A DNA stretch of 63,838 nucleotides, filler included, from Coriobacteriales bacterium (GTDB lineage: Bacteria > Actinomycetota > Coriobacteriia > Coriobacteriales > UBA8131), in NCBI GenBank assembly GCA_031263105.1. It is 5 parts of 5 records of this genome, joined end to end, with 100 filler letters (N's around TTAATTAATTAA, not from the genome) between each part and the next. Parts side by side here need not be neighbours in the genome. Positions count along the whole stretch, not along the records: positions 31,867 to 52,893 come from JAISGJ010000013.1; 4 more parts are not named here. The stretch is one strand, 5' to 3'. The notes beneath the pieces were generated by a model. It was not told where the DNA came from, ran no database searches, and saw only the letters and a list, made by a program, of their open reading frames with translations. The first letter of the stretch is position 1; each line of letters opens with the position of its first letter. Both the position numbers and the translations under genes were made by a program. This document shows, one piece after another, positions 38,361 through 47,800 of the stretch.

Positions 38361-39410
38361 CCCGTCCCAGCGGGCGACGCAGGGGGCCTCTATGACCACG
38401 TCCAAGGTGCCGCCGCAGACCATGCCGTCGTCCTCGGCGGCATCCGACATATCGATGGTATGCGTCCGCCAGCCTCCCGTGTTGACGACCTCGCGGGCCA
38501 CCTGCATGGCGTCCGCCTCGGAACAGCCGCCGCCGATCGTCCCGGAAAGCTCGCCGGCGTAGGTCATCGCGAGCTTGGCCCCGGTCTCGATGGGCACCGA
38601 GCCCGTGGAGGTGCGGATGGTTATCAGCGCGTCGAAGTCGTCCCCGCGTGCGGCCAGCGTCTCGGCGATTCCCCGCTCGCAGGACGCAAGTTCGCCCTCC
38701 CCGCGTTCGAGGCGCTTGACGGAGATGAGCTCCGCCATGATGGAGATGGCGATCTCCCCAGGCGTGACCGCACCTATCTTCAGGCCGATGGGCGAGTGGA
38801 TGCGCCCGATCCTCTCCCCGTCGAAGCCCTTTTTGCGCAGCTGGTCCATGACGATGGCGACCCTGCGCCGGGAGCCTATCATGCCCGTATAGGCGGGCTC
38901 TGGGCCTGCGAGGATGCCGGCCAGGCAGTCCTGGTCGTGCTTGTGGCCGCGCGTGACGACGACCACGTAGTCCGTCTCGCGGACATGCAGGCGCTTGAAC
39001 AGCTGGGTGAAGCCGTCGCAGATGACCGTGTCGGCCTCGGGGAAGCGCTGCCGGTTGGCGAAGGAGGGGCGGTCGTCATAGACGACGACCTCGAACTCCG
39101 TTATCCTGGCCAGCGGCGCGAGCGCTGCGGCGATATGGCCGGCGCCGAGGATGATGATGCGCGGCTTGGTGGTGTAGTGCTCGATGAGGGTCAGGCTCCC
39201 GTCCTCGGCATCGAGGGAGGTCACAGGGCCGGAGGTCCGTGCCTGCGGATGCCCCCTGAGCCCTGCGAGCGCGTGCCACCCCGAGGCGTCCGCAGGGCTG
39301 ACGACGCGCTTCTCGAAGCCGCCGCCTTGCCGGTAGGTGGAGACGACCGCCGCCGCGCCCTCCGCTTCGAGCCCCTCGATCAACTCGTGGTACAGGTCGG
39401 TTATCGACAT
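38229..39410 (-). CDS. xdhC: XdhC/CoxI family molybdenum cofactor chaperone with an element-derived C-terminal extension
   Basis: GAGHIA, DDRP.FA, TRGH..D, Y.GMIGSRRR, PIGL.IG..TP.EIA.SI, GTIGGGC.E, CGG. Confidence 0.9.
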   Translation of the reverse strand: MSITDLYHELIEGLEAEGAAAVVSTYRQGGGFEKRVVSPADASGWHALAGLRGHPQARTSGPVTSLDAEDGSLTLIEHYTTKPRIIILGAGHIAAALAPLARITEFEVVVYDDRPSFANRQRFPEADTVICDGFTQLFKRLHVRETDYVVVVTRGHKHDQDCLAGILAGPEPAYTGMIGSRRRVAIVMDQLRKKGFDGERIGRIHSPIGLKIGAVTPGEIAISIMAELISVKRLERGEGELASCERGIAETLAARGDDFDALITIRTSTGSVPIETGAKLAMTYAGELSGTIGGGCSEADAMQVAREVVNTGGWRTHTIDMSDAAEDDGMVCGGTLDVVIEAPCVARWDGVAAHCHPEPAEGSSTAPAVDCGQEAPRPAVGCFAAEDSSRSAD

Positions 39411-39624
39411 CGTGGTTCGTGCCCTTCTTTGGCCTGCGCTGTACGCCTGCGTGCGTCCGACGCGTTTTGTTGCAGAGGGACAAGGATAGCAGACGCCTGT
39501 CCTGCCCGTCCCCTGTTCCCCGTCCCGCACGACCGGGCGCACGACACGCGCTATACTGAGGGGGATGCCCGAACAGTATCGGGATGCGGCCTGTCCATTC
39601 CCCTCCCACGAAGCGGAGCCCCCC

Positions 39625-39981
39625 ATGACCGAGAACGTGACGTCGAACGCAGCGGCCGCAGAGGCTGCCCCGCCGGTGCCCGCCCCGCCTGCGGCCGCCC
39701 CGCCTGCCACTGCCCCGCCTGCCACTGCCCCGTCGGCCGCCGCCGTGCCCGTGGATCCCTCGGATGCGTACTGGAAGAGGCCGCCGCCGCAGGAGGGAAG
39801 GGTCGGCATCGACCCCGGCATCGGGCTCTGGTCCCGCTCGCGGGCGTTCCGCCTCGTCGCATGGTTCGTCTCCCTCGCCGTCGTCGTCTTCCTGGCGCTT
39901 GCCGCCTCCGCCTACTTCTCCGGCTTCGGCTCGGTTCCCGAGATGCTCGACTGGCTCGTCAAGAGCCTCGTCGCCCTCTGA
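39625..39981 (+). CDS. Hypothetical single-pass membrane protein with a Pro/Ala-rich N-terminus
   Basis: SD GGAG, hydrophobic C-terminal helix, host-like codon usage. Confidence 0.65.
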   Translation: MTENVTSNAAAAEAAPPVPAPPAAAPPATAPPATAPSAAAVPVDPSDAYWKRPPPQEGRVGIDPGIGLWSRSRAFRLVAWFVSLAVVVFLALAASAYFSGFGSVPEMLDWLVKSLVAL

Positions 39982-40088
39982 CGCGCCGCCCGCCCGTCCC
40001 CTCTGGCACGCCGTCCGCCCGCTGACGCGCCGCCCGCCCGTCCCCTCTGGCACGCCGTCCGCCCTCTGGCACGCCGCCCGCCCGCTGA
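39976..40088. repeat. GC-rich tandem duplication between convergent genes
   Basis: CTGACGCGCCGCCCGCCCGTCCCCTCTGGCACGCCGTCCGCCC occurs twice, plus a partial copy. Confidence 0.7.
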
Positions 40089-40113
40089 GGGGCAGGGGCG
40101 CGGCGGCGACCGG

Positions 40114-41286
40114 CTATCCGGGGTCGCTTTTCAGCCTTCGGCGTTGGGTGATGCAGAGCAGCAGGGTGAGGAGGATGACGCCGCCCATCATCAGGCAGAG
40201 GCCCCTGAAGCCCAGCAGGGGCAGCATGAGCCCTGCGAGTATCGGGCCTATGCTGTAGCCCACGTCCGCCAGCAGGAAGTAGGTCGTCGTGCCGATGCCC
40301 TTGCGGTGCGAGGGCGTGATCTTCGCGACCGTCGCGAGCGTCGCGGCCTGGATGGCGCCCGCGCCGAGGCCGCAGGCAACCGCAGAGGCGACGAGCAGCA
40401 CGATGCCGTCCACGAGGCTCAGGAGCACGAGGCCGAGTATCAGCATGGCCAGCGCGGGAAGGACGATGGGCAGGGCCCCGCGCCTGTCGAAGGCCCGGCC
40501 CACGAAGGGGCGCGACACGATGACGGCGAGCGCGTAGACCAGGAAGAACCAGCTTGCGACGCCGGGCAGGCCGAGGTCCAGGACGAACAGCGCGAGGAAG
40601 GCGATGACGGCCGCATAGCTCAGGTACATGAGGGCCGCAAGCGTGGAGGCAGGAAGCGCCGGCACCTCGATGAGGCCCCTGAGCTTGAAGCCCCTGAAGG
40701 TCTCCCGCTCCTCGGGGCCCAGCGTGATGGTGCGCAGGCGCAGGAAGGGCACGGGCGCCAGGGCGAGAAGGATCAGCCCCGTGCAGATGAGGAAGATGAG
40801 CGTGTAGTTTCCGACCTCGCTGAGGAGGATCGCGACGAAGGGGCCTATGGCCGTGGCGACGGTGGCGGAAAGCTGGTAATAGCCCATGCCCTGGCCGATG
40901 CGCTCGGCGGGCACGATGTCGGCGATGATGGTCGAGGTGGCGGAGACGACGATGCCGAAACCGAAGCCATGGACGGCCCGGACGAGGATGAACAGGCCGA
41001 CCGTCGGCGCAAAGGGATAGAAGAGCGAGGACGCCAGGGCGATCGTCAGGCCGATCACCAGCGTGCGCTTGTAGGAGAGCAGCCCGAGCATCCGGGCGGC
41101 CACGAGGCGCGATGCGAGCGCCCCGACGACGAAGATCCCCGTCACGAGGCCCGCAGTGGCGCTGTCGGCCTCGAAGCGGTCGATGGCGTAGCCCGCCGTG
41201 ACGGCTACGAGAAGATAGAAGTTGCTTGCGTTCACGAAGTTCGCAAGCGTCGTTATGAGGTACTCCCTGGTCAAAAGCCGTTCCAC
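40114..41286 (-). CDS. MFS transporter
   Basis: About 12 TM helices; R..HG.GFG, ADIVPAER.G.G.GY motifs. Confidence 0.9.
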   Translation of the reverse strand: MERLLTREYLITTLANFVNASNFYLLVAVTAGYAIDRFEADSATAGLVTGIFVVGALASRLVAARMLGLLSYKRTLVIGLTIALASSLFYPFAPTVGLFILVRAVHGFGFGIVVSATSTIIADIVPAERIGQGMGYYQLSATVATAIGPFVAILLSEVGNYTLIFLICTGLILLALAPVPFLRLRTITLGPEERETFRGFKLRGLIEVPALPASTLAALMYLSYAAVIAFLALFVLDLGLPGVASWFFLVYALAVIVSRPFVGRAFDRRGALPIVLPALAMLILGLVLLSLVDGIVLLVASAVACGLGAGAIQAATLATVAKITPSHRKGIGTTTYFLLADVGYSIGPILAGLMLPLLGFRGLCLMMGGVILLTLLLCITQRRRLKSDPG

Positions 41287-41287
41287 A

Positions 41288-41713
41288 GTTACCGTCCACA
41301 CCTCCACTGTCATTCCGAGCGGAGGCGCTGCCGGAGGCAGCGCCGCAGCCGAGGAATCCTTTGGTCCGAGCGCCCGGAAAACAGCCGGTGGACTATTCTC
41401 AGTGAGAACGGGCCGACGGGTCTACGGGACGCAGAGCGAACAACCGCAGCCGAGAGGCGCCTCTGCCTGCGGTTGGCTGCTGCGCAGCCAAAGATCCCTC
41501 GGCAGGCTCGGGATGACAGTGGAGGTGCGAACGGTAACGCCTCACAGGTTACTGTTCACACCCTACTGTCATTCCGAGCGTAGCGTAGCGAAGTCGAGGA
41601 ATCTTTGGCTGCGAAGCAGCCAACTGGCCCGGTTGGGCGCTGCTGCGCAGCCAAAGATCCCTCGGCAGGCTCGGGATGACAGTGGAGGTGCGAACGGTAA
41701 CGACCACGGTAAC
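41288..41713. repeat. Two tandem family-2 elements (41288-41538 and 41548-41713)
   Basis: Each is bounded by GTTAC(C/T)GT(C/T)CACAC and GTGCGAACGGTAAC. The second is flanked by GCCTCACAG on both sides. Confidence 0.85.
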
Positions 41714-41768
41714 GCCTCACAGCGTCCCCTGTCACTTTTAGCACCTGTCACTTTTTGCCATTTTCCGC

Positions 41769-41798
41769 TTGATGACTCCGGTAGGTTTGCGCTATTAT
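41769..41798 (+). promoter_or_regulatory. Putative promoter of the infA-rplQ operon
   Basis: TTGATG, 18 bp, TATTAT. Confidence 0.45.
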
Positions 41799-41842
41799 TA
41801 TACGCTGTCCTTTTATGGCCCACGTAAAGAAAGCAGTGGTTT

Positions 41843-42061
41843 TTGGGTAAAGAAGACGCCATCGAACTCGAGGGCATCGTAGTTGAGCCTCTGCCCAATG
41901 CGATGTTCAAGGTGAAATTGGAGAACGGCCACGTGGTGCTTGCGCACATCTCCGGGAAGATGCGCATGCACTACATTCGTATCCTCCCAGGTGACAAGGT
42001 GACCGTAGAGCTTTCGCCCTACGACCTGAAGCGGGGACGTATCACGTATCGGTTCAAGTGA
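41843..42061 (+). CDS. infA: Translation initiation factor IF-1
   Basis: [34 protein letters not shown]. Confidence 0.98.
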   Translation: MGKEDAIELEGIVVEPLPNAMFKVKLENGHVVLAHISGKMRMHYIRILPGDKVTVELSPYDLKRGRITYRFK

Positions 42062-42310
42062 CAGGACATGCGGAACCGGCCCGTTGGGGCCGCTTCGGCG
42101 ACAGCACGAGCGAGGTGAGGAGGCCCCGGTTTTCTCCCCATGGCAAAAAAGCGCCCGCGGCTGCGGCGTAGAGATAGATGCAGACATAGGAAGACGGCAT
42201 GCGGGCATCGGGTGTCGTCTCCCCAAGGAAGTGCCGACCGTGCACCTGCCATCAGTCAGGGTGCGAGGGACGGGCGACGCTTCTTACAGGCAACTGAAGG
42301 GAACAGTGTT

Positions 42311-42424
42311 ATGAAGGTACGACCTTCGGTAAAGAAGATGTGCGACAAATGCAAGATAATCCGACGGCACGGTCGGGTGCTCGTGATCTGCGAGAACCCC
42401 CGCCACAAGCAGCGTCAGGGTTAG
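42311..42424 (+). CDS. rpmJ: 50S ribosomal protein L36 (Zn-binding form)
   Basis: [37 protein letters not shown]. Confidence 0.98.
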   Translation: MKVRPSVKKMCDKCKIIRRHGRVLVICENPRHKQRQG

Positions 42425-42437
42425 GGAGGAGTGACGA

Positions 42438-42806
42438 GTGGCCCGAATCTCAGGTGTCGACCTCCCGCGCGATAAGCGCGTCGAGATCGGCCTCACCTAC
42501 ATCTACGGCATCGGCCTTACCACCGCCAACAAGATCCTCAAGGGGGCAGGCGTCGATCCCGATACCCGCGTCAAGGACCTCACGGAAGAAGAGACGGTCC
42601 GTCTCCGCGAGTACATCGACAAGAACCTCAAGATCGAGGGCGACCTCCGTCGAGAGGTGTCGCAGAACGTCAAGCGCCTCATGGAGATCGGCTCCTATCG
42701 TGGGCTGCGCCATCGCAAGGGGCTGCCGGTGCGCGGGCAGCGCACGCATACCAACGCCCGCACCCGCAAGGGCCCGCGCAAGCAGATAGGAGGCAAGAGG
42801 AAGTAA
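42438..42806 (+). CDS. rpsM: 30S ribosomal protein S13
   Basis: [13 protein letters not shown]...[24 protein letters not shown]. Confidence 0.98.
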   Translation: MARISGVDLPRDKRVEIGLTYIYGIGLTTANKILKGAGVDPDTRVKDLTEEETVRLREYIDKNLKIEGDLRREVSQNVKRLMEIGSYRGLRHRKGLPVRGQRTHTNARTRKGPRKQIGGKRK

Positions 42807-43204
42807 TGGCCGCCAAGAAGCAAGTGCGCACCCGCATCAAGCGCTCCGAGCGCAAGAACATCGCCGTGGGGCAGGCGCACATCAAATCCACGTTCAACAA
42901 CACGATAATCACGCTCACCGACCCACAGGGCAACGTCATCACGTGGCAGAGCGCCGGCACGGTGGGCTTCAAGGGATCGCGCAAGTCCACTCCCTTTGCC
43001 GCGCAGATGGCCGCCGAGGCCGCTGCCAAGATCGCCCAGGAGCATGGGCTGCGCAAGGTGACGGTTTTCGTGAAGGGCCCCGGCTCCGGTCGCGAGACGG
43101 CCGTCCGCACCCTCCAGGCCTCCGGCCTCGAGATCGCGAACATCCAGGACTGCACACCCATACCGCACAACGGCGTGCGTCAGCGCAAGCGCCGTCGCGT
43201 GTAA
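42806..43204 (+). CDS. rpsK: 30S ribosomal protein S11
   Basis: [33 protein letters not shown]. Confidence 0.98.
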   Translation: MAAKKQVRTRIKRSERKNIAVGQAHIKSTFNNTIITLTDPQGNVITWQSAGTVGFKGSRKSTPFAAQMAAEAAAKIAQEHGLRKVTVFVKGPGSGRETAVRTLQASGLEIANIQDCTPIPHNGVRQRKRRRV

Positions 43205-43370
43205 CGTAACTGACTACGAGGATTATCGGGACCTGTGCGGACAGGTGCCTCGGGGCCGTGCAGGCGCAGGCCGCACGAGGGAGCCGCACGCGAGGGCCGC
43301 ACGAAGGGTCGCGAAGACCCGCAGAAGGGCCGTCTGTCCTCCCGATACGTCGAAAGGTAGGTTTACCACT

Positions 43371-43997
43371 ATGGCAAGATACACAGGCGCAGATTGCAGA
43401 CTCTGCCGCCGTGAGGGGAACAAGCTCTTTTTGAAGGGCGACCGCTGTTACAGCGACAAGTGCGGCGTGGAGCGCCGCCCGTATCCGCCGGGAGAAGCCG
43501 GCAAGAAGCGCGTGAAGGAGAGCGAGTACCGCCTCCAGCTCCGCGAGAAGCAGAAGACCAAGCGCACCTACGGGCTGCTGGAGAAGCAGTTCCGTGGCTA
43601 CTACGACCTTGCGAACCGCCAGCACGGCGTGACCGGCGAGAACCTGCTGCGCATCCTCGAGTCCCGCCTCGACAACGTGGTCTATCGCCTTGGCTTTGCG
43701 AAGTCCCGCGACGAGGCCCGTCAGCAGGTGCGCCATGGGCACATCCAGGTGAACGGCCGCCGCGTGGACATCCCCTCGTTCCGCGTGAAGGCGGGCGACC
43801 TGGTGGCGGTCGCGCCCAAGGCACGCGACCTCTTGGTCATCAAGACCTCGCTCATCTCCAACGAGAAGACCGAGGTGCCGCAATGGCTGGAGGTCGATAT
43901 CGAGAAGCTGCAAGGCTCCGTCCTCGAGCTTCCCGCGCGCGACCAGATCGACCTCGATATCCGCGAACAGCTCATCGTCGAGCTCTATTCGAAGTAG
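43371..43997 (+). CDS. rpsD: 30S ribosomal protein S4
   Basis: [41 protein letters not shown]. Confidence 0.98.
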   Translation: MARYTGADCRLCRREGNKLFLKGDRCYSDKCGVERRPYPPGEAGKKRVKESEYRLQLREKQKTKRTYGLLEKQFRGYYDLANRQHGVTGENLLRILESRLDNVVYRLGFAKSRDEARQQVRHGHIQVNGRRVDIPSFRVKAGDLVAVAPKARDLLVIKTSLISNEKTEVPQWLEVDIEKLQGSVLELPARDQIDLDIREQLIVELYSK

Positions 43998-44019
43998 AAG
44001 ATTTTTAAGGAGCGATCAG

Positions 44020-44961
44020 ATGACAGAGTTCATGAGACCACAGGTCACGGTCGAGCCGGTCAGCGGCACGCTTGCCCGGTTCATCGTCGAGCCGCTGGAG
44101 CGCGGCTACGGCCAGACCTTGGGCAACAGCTTGCGCCGCGTGCTGCTCTCGTCTTTGGACGGGGTTGCGGCAACGGCGCTTTCCATCGAGGGCATCCAGC
44201 ATGAGTTCTCGTCCGCCGAGGGCGTGATAGAGGACGTCACCGACATCGCCCTCAACGTGAAGGGGCTGGTGTTCAGCTCGACGGACACCATCGACGAGGC
44301 GACCGCGACCATCAGCGCCACAGGTCCCGCGACCGTGACCGGCGCGGACCTGAACATCCCGGCGGGCTTCGACCTCGTCAACCCCGAGCACGTGATAGCG
44401 AACCTCGCCGACGGCGGCAGCCTCGAGATGCTCGTCCGCGTCGGCGTCGGACGGGGCTATATCTCGGCCGAGCGCAACAAGCGGGTGGACGACCCCATCG
44501 GCATCATCCATATCGACTCGCTGTTCTCGCCTGTGCGCCGGTGCACCATGGACGTCACAGACACCCGCGTCGGCCAGCGCACCGACTACGACAAGCTCGT
44601 TCTTGAGGTGGAGACCAACGGCTCCATCACGCCCGAGGACGCCATCGTCCGTGCCGCGAACATCGTGAACCAGCACATGGACGCGTTCCTCGTGCTGTCC
44701 GACGAGGAGCAGGCAAGCGAGGCCCCGAGCATCTTCGCCCCCGAGGGCATGGGGAGGAGCACCGAGCTGGAGAAGCAGGTCGAGGACCTCGACCTCTCCG
44801 TCCGCTCGTACAACTGCCTGAAGCGCGCGGGCATCCACTCGGTGCGCCAGCTGGTCGAGTTCTCCGAGAACGACCTGCTCAACATCCGTAACTTCGGCGC
44901 GAAGTCGATCGAGGAGGTCAAGGACAAGCTCCAGTCCATGGAGCTCGGCCTGAAGCCCTGA
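44020..44961 (+). CDS. rpoA: RNA polymerase subunit alpha
   Basis: EPLERGYG.TLGNSLRRVLLSS, RVGQRTDYDKL, LSVRSYNCLKRAG. Confidence 0.98.
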   Translation: MTEFMRPQVTVEPVSGTLARFIVEPLERGYGQTLGNSLRRVLLSSLDGVAATALSIEGIQHEFSSAEGVIEDVTDIALNVKGLVFSSTDTIDEATATISATGPATVTGADLNIPAGFDLVNPEHVIANLADGGSLEMLVRVGVGRGYISAERNKRVDDPIGIIHIDSLFSPVRRCTMDVTDTRVGQRTDYDKLVLEVETNGSITPEDAIVRAANIVNQHMDAFLVLSDEEQASEAPSIFAPEGMGRSTELEKQVEDLDLSVRSYNCLKRAGIHSVRQLVEFSENDLLNIRNFGAKSIEEVKDKLQSMELGLKP

Positions 44962-45063
44962 GCTGGAGGGCTGCGGGCCGTAGCGCCCGGACACCCATAG
45001 GACGGCCTGCCGGGCGGCCCACAGGGCGCCTTGCACACAAACCGACGGTGAGGATGATTTGCA

Positions 45064-45873
45064 ATGAGACATTACAAAAAAGGACGCAAGCTGGGCACTG
45101 ACGCCAGTCATACCAAGGCCATGAAGAAGAACCTGGTCGTCAACCTGTTCACGAACGACCGCATCAAGACCACCCTTGAGCGTGCCAAGGAGATCCGTGG
45201 CGACGTCGACCGCGTGGTGACCTGGGCAAAGCGCGGCGACGTGCATTCGCGCCGCCTCGCCATCGCCAAGCTCGGCGACAAGGACCTCGTCGGCGAGATA
45301 TTCTCGAAGGTCGCACAGGGCATGTTCGAAGGCCGCCCCGGCGGCTACACGCGCATACTGCGCCTGGGGACCCGTCGCGGCGACTCCGCGACCATCGTCA
45401 TCATGGAGCTGGTCCAGGAGCCGGTGGCCAAGAAGGCCGCTGCGGACAGCGGCGAGGCGAAGGCCGCCGGCAGCGGGGCGAAGCCTGCCGCCAAGGGCGC
45501 GAAGCCTGCCGCCAAGGGCCGTAAGGCCGCCGCCAAGGGCGCGAAGGATGGGGAGAAGGACGAGCAGCCTGCCGAGCCGGCCGCCGACGAGGCGACGGAG
45601 GGCGAGGCGCCTGCCGCCGACGAGCCTGCGGGCGACGAGGCACCTGCGATCGGCGAGTCCGCCGATGAGGCGCCTGCCGCCGACGAGTCCGCCGACGAGC
45701 CCGTTGCCGCCGAGCCGACGGATGCCGCCGAGCCGGCCGCCGCCGAACCGGCGGATGTCGAGGCGCCTGCGGTCGACGAGCCTGCCGTCGACGAGCCTGC
45801 GGTCGACGAGCAACCTGTTGCCGCCGTCGCCGAGGCGCCCGTGGCCGCCGCCGACGAGCCCGCCAGCAACTAG
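45064..45873 (+). CDS. rplQ: 50S ribosomal protein L17 with a long low-complexity C-terminal extension
   Basis: MRH.K.GRKLG, I.TT..RAKE, R.GGYTRI..LG.RRGD; about 150-aa Lys/Ala then acidic ADEPA-repeat tail. Confidence 0.95.
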   Translation: MRHYKKGRKLGTDASHTKAMKKNLVVNLFTNDRIKTTLERAKEIRGDVDRVVTWAKRGDVHSRRLAIAKLGDKDLVGEIFSKVAQGMFEGRPGGYTRILRLGTRRGDSATIVIMELVQEPVAKKAAADSGEAKAAGSGAKPAAKGAKPAAKGRKAAAKGAKDGEKDEQPAEPAADEATEGEAPAADEPAGDEAPAIGESADEAPAADESADEPVAAEPTDAAEPAAAEPADVEAPAVDEPAVDEPAVDEQPVAAVAEAPVAAADEPASN

Positions 45874-45906
45874 CCGTCTGGACAGGCAGTCTCCGCTCCT
45901 CTCCCT

Positions 45907-47631
45907 ATGCCGTCCTCTTCGACACAGAGACGTGTGTGCCTTGAGTCGCTTTTGGCGCTTGATGTGCCGTCGCGCCTGGGGGCAGGCGATGCCGGTCTGT
46001 TCGACGCCCATCCCGAGGATGCCGCCTCGGCCGGGCAGCGTCTCGGGTGGACGAGGCTCTGCTCCGAGCCGCCCCTGCCCTTGGCGGCGATAACCGAGCA
46101 GGCTGCTGCCATCCGTGCGGAAGGACTCGAGGCCGTCGTGCTCATCGGGCAGGGCGGCTCCTCGCAGGCGGCGATGACCGTCACCAAGCTCTATGAGCTC
46201 GACGGCGCAGACGAGGTCGCGTTTCGCACGATGGACTCGCTCTCGCCGGTGTTCGTCAACCACATACTCGGCAGCTCGGATCCTGCACGCACCCTCTACA
46301 TCGTCTCCAGCAAGTCGGGCTCGACCATCGAGCCCCTTATGTTGGAGCGGGTGGCTTGGCGCTACGCGTCGGCCCATCTGGGCGAGGCCAGGGCGGGGCG
46401 GCGCTTTGTTGCGATAACCGACCCCGGAAGCGGCCTTGAGGGGCTTGCGCGCCGACGCGGCTACCGGCAGGTGCTCTCTGCGCCGACCGACGTCGGCGGG
46501 CGCTTCTCGGCCCTGACCGTCTTCGCGCTCTTTCCGGCGGCGCTTGTGGGAATGGATATCGGGAAGGCGCTTGCCTTCGCGCTCGGCACCGAACAGGCCT
46601 GCACGCGCAACGACGCCGACAACCCCGCGCTCAAGCTCGCCTGCTTCCTGTACGATGCCTATTGCGAGGGGCGCGACAAGTTCTCCCTCATCCTCCCTCC
46701 CTCCGGGCAGGTCTTCGGCCTTTGGGTCGAGCAGATGGTCGCCGAGTCGCTCGGCAAGGAGGGCAAGGGCATCCTGCCGAACGTCGAGGTCGATGCGAGC
46801 ATACTCGCGGTGCCGCGTGCCGACCGCAGCGTCATAACCTATGCGGTGGGCAGCTGCGAGGGCTTCGAGGAGTCGATAGCGCATATCGACACGAGCATAC
46901 CCACGCTCCGTTATGCCTCCTCGGAGCCCCACGACCTGTTCGCGCGCTTTGTCGTATGGGAGTACGCCACTGCCTTCTTGGGGATACTCATGGGGACCTT
47001 CCCCTTCGACCAGCCGGACGTCGAGATCACGAAGCGCCTGGTGAAGGAGCTGCTCGCCACGCGTGGCCGCTCGGGCGACGGGGCAGCGGGCGCAGCCGTG
47101 GTGCCGGGCGACGGCATCGTCAGGGACTTGCGCATAAGCGAGGTGCTGCTTGACGCATCGTCACTGGATGCTCCTCCGGTCAACGTCGACGAGGCGCTGC
47201 GGGTGCTTCTCAACTCCCTTAAACAGGGCGACTACTTCTCACTCAACGCCTTTTTGCCCTTCAGGGGCTACGGGCGGCGCGAGGCGCTCGAGCGGATGCG
47301 CAACCGGGTGGCGAGCCGCCTGGGAGCCGTCTCCTGCCTTGAGATAGGCCCACGCTACCTCCATTCGACCGGGCAGCTCCATAAGGGGGGCCCCAACACC
47401 GGCGTCTTCCTCGTCCTCTCGGCCGACGAGGAGAACGACATCGCCATCCCCGGCGAGGGCTACACGCTCGGGGACCTGGCGGCGACCCAGGCGCAGGGCG
47501 ACTTCGCCGCGCTTGCCTCAAGGGGCCGACGCGTCGTCCACGTGCACCTGAGCGACAACGACTCCGAGACCCTTTCCCGCTTCGCCGACCGCTTCTGCTC
47601 GGCCGTCTCGGCCATCAAGCCCGTCCAGTAA
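45907..47631 (+). CDS. pgi: Glucose-6-phosphate isomerase-like SIS-domain protein (PGI part of Tal/Pgi bifunctional enzymes)
   Basis: G.GGSS, SSKSGSTIE, ITDPGS, VGGRFSAL, EQ..AESLGKEGKG, PFDQP.VE..K, GPRYLHSTGQLHKGG. Confidence 0.85.
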   Translation: MPSSSTQRRVCLESLLALDVPSRLGAGDAGLFDAHPEDAASAGQRLGWTRLCSEPPLPLAAITEQAAAIRAEGLEAVVLIGQGGSSQAAMTVTKLYELDGADEVAFRTMDSLSPVFVNHILGSSDPARTLYIVSSKSGSTIEPLMLERVAWRYASAHLGEARAGRRFVAITDPGSGLEGLARRRGYRQVLSAPTDVGGRFSALTVFALFPAALVGMDIGKALAFALGTEQACTRNDADNPALKLACFLYDAYCEGRDKFSLILPPSGQVFGLWVEQMVAESLGKEGKGILPNVEVDASILAVPRADRSVITYAVGSCEGFEESIAHIDTSIPTLRYASSEPHDLFARFVVWEYATAFLGILMGTFPFDQPDVEITKRLVKELLATRGRSGDGAAGAAVVPGDGIVRDLRISEVLLDASSLDAPPVNVDEALRVLLNSLKQGDYFSLNAFLPFRGYGRREALERMRNRVASRLGAVSCLEIGPRYLHSTGQLHKGGPNTGVFLVLSADEENDIAIPGEGYTLGDLAATQAQGDFAALASRGRRVVHVHLSDNDSETLSRFADRFCSAVSAIKPVQ

Positions 47632-47800
47632 CGGCCCCGGTTCCTCTGTGGCGGCCCCTGTCTGCCAGAGGCCCCTGCCCGCCCGTGGCGGCCCGGATGG
47701 AAGTCGGAAAGCGAGGGAAACGAAAGAACGGCCCCCTGCCCCTCCGTGGCGGCCCCCATTTTGCCAAGGGCGGCCCCCTGTCCGCCGAGCTGTCCGCGAG

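Noticed and set aside
41286..41313. Element end providing an SD (GGAGG) or start for the MFS gene
   Set aside because: Spacing to the likely GTG is about 14 nt, too weak to claim.
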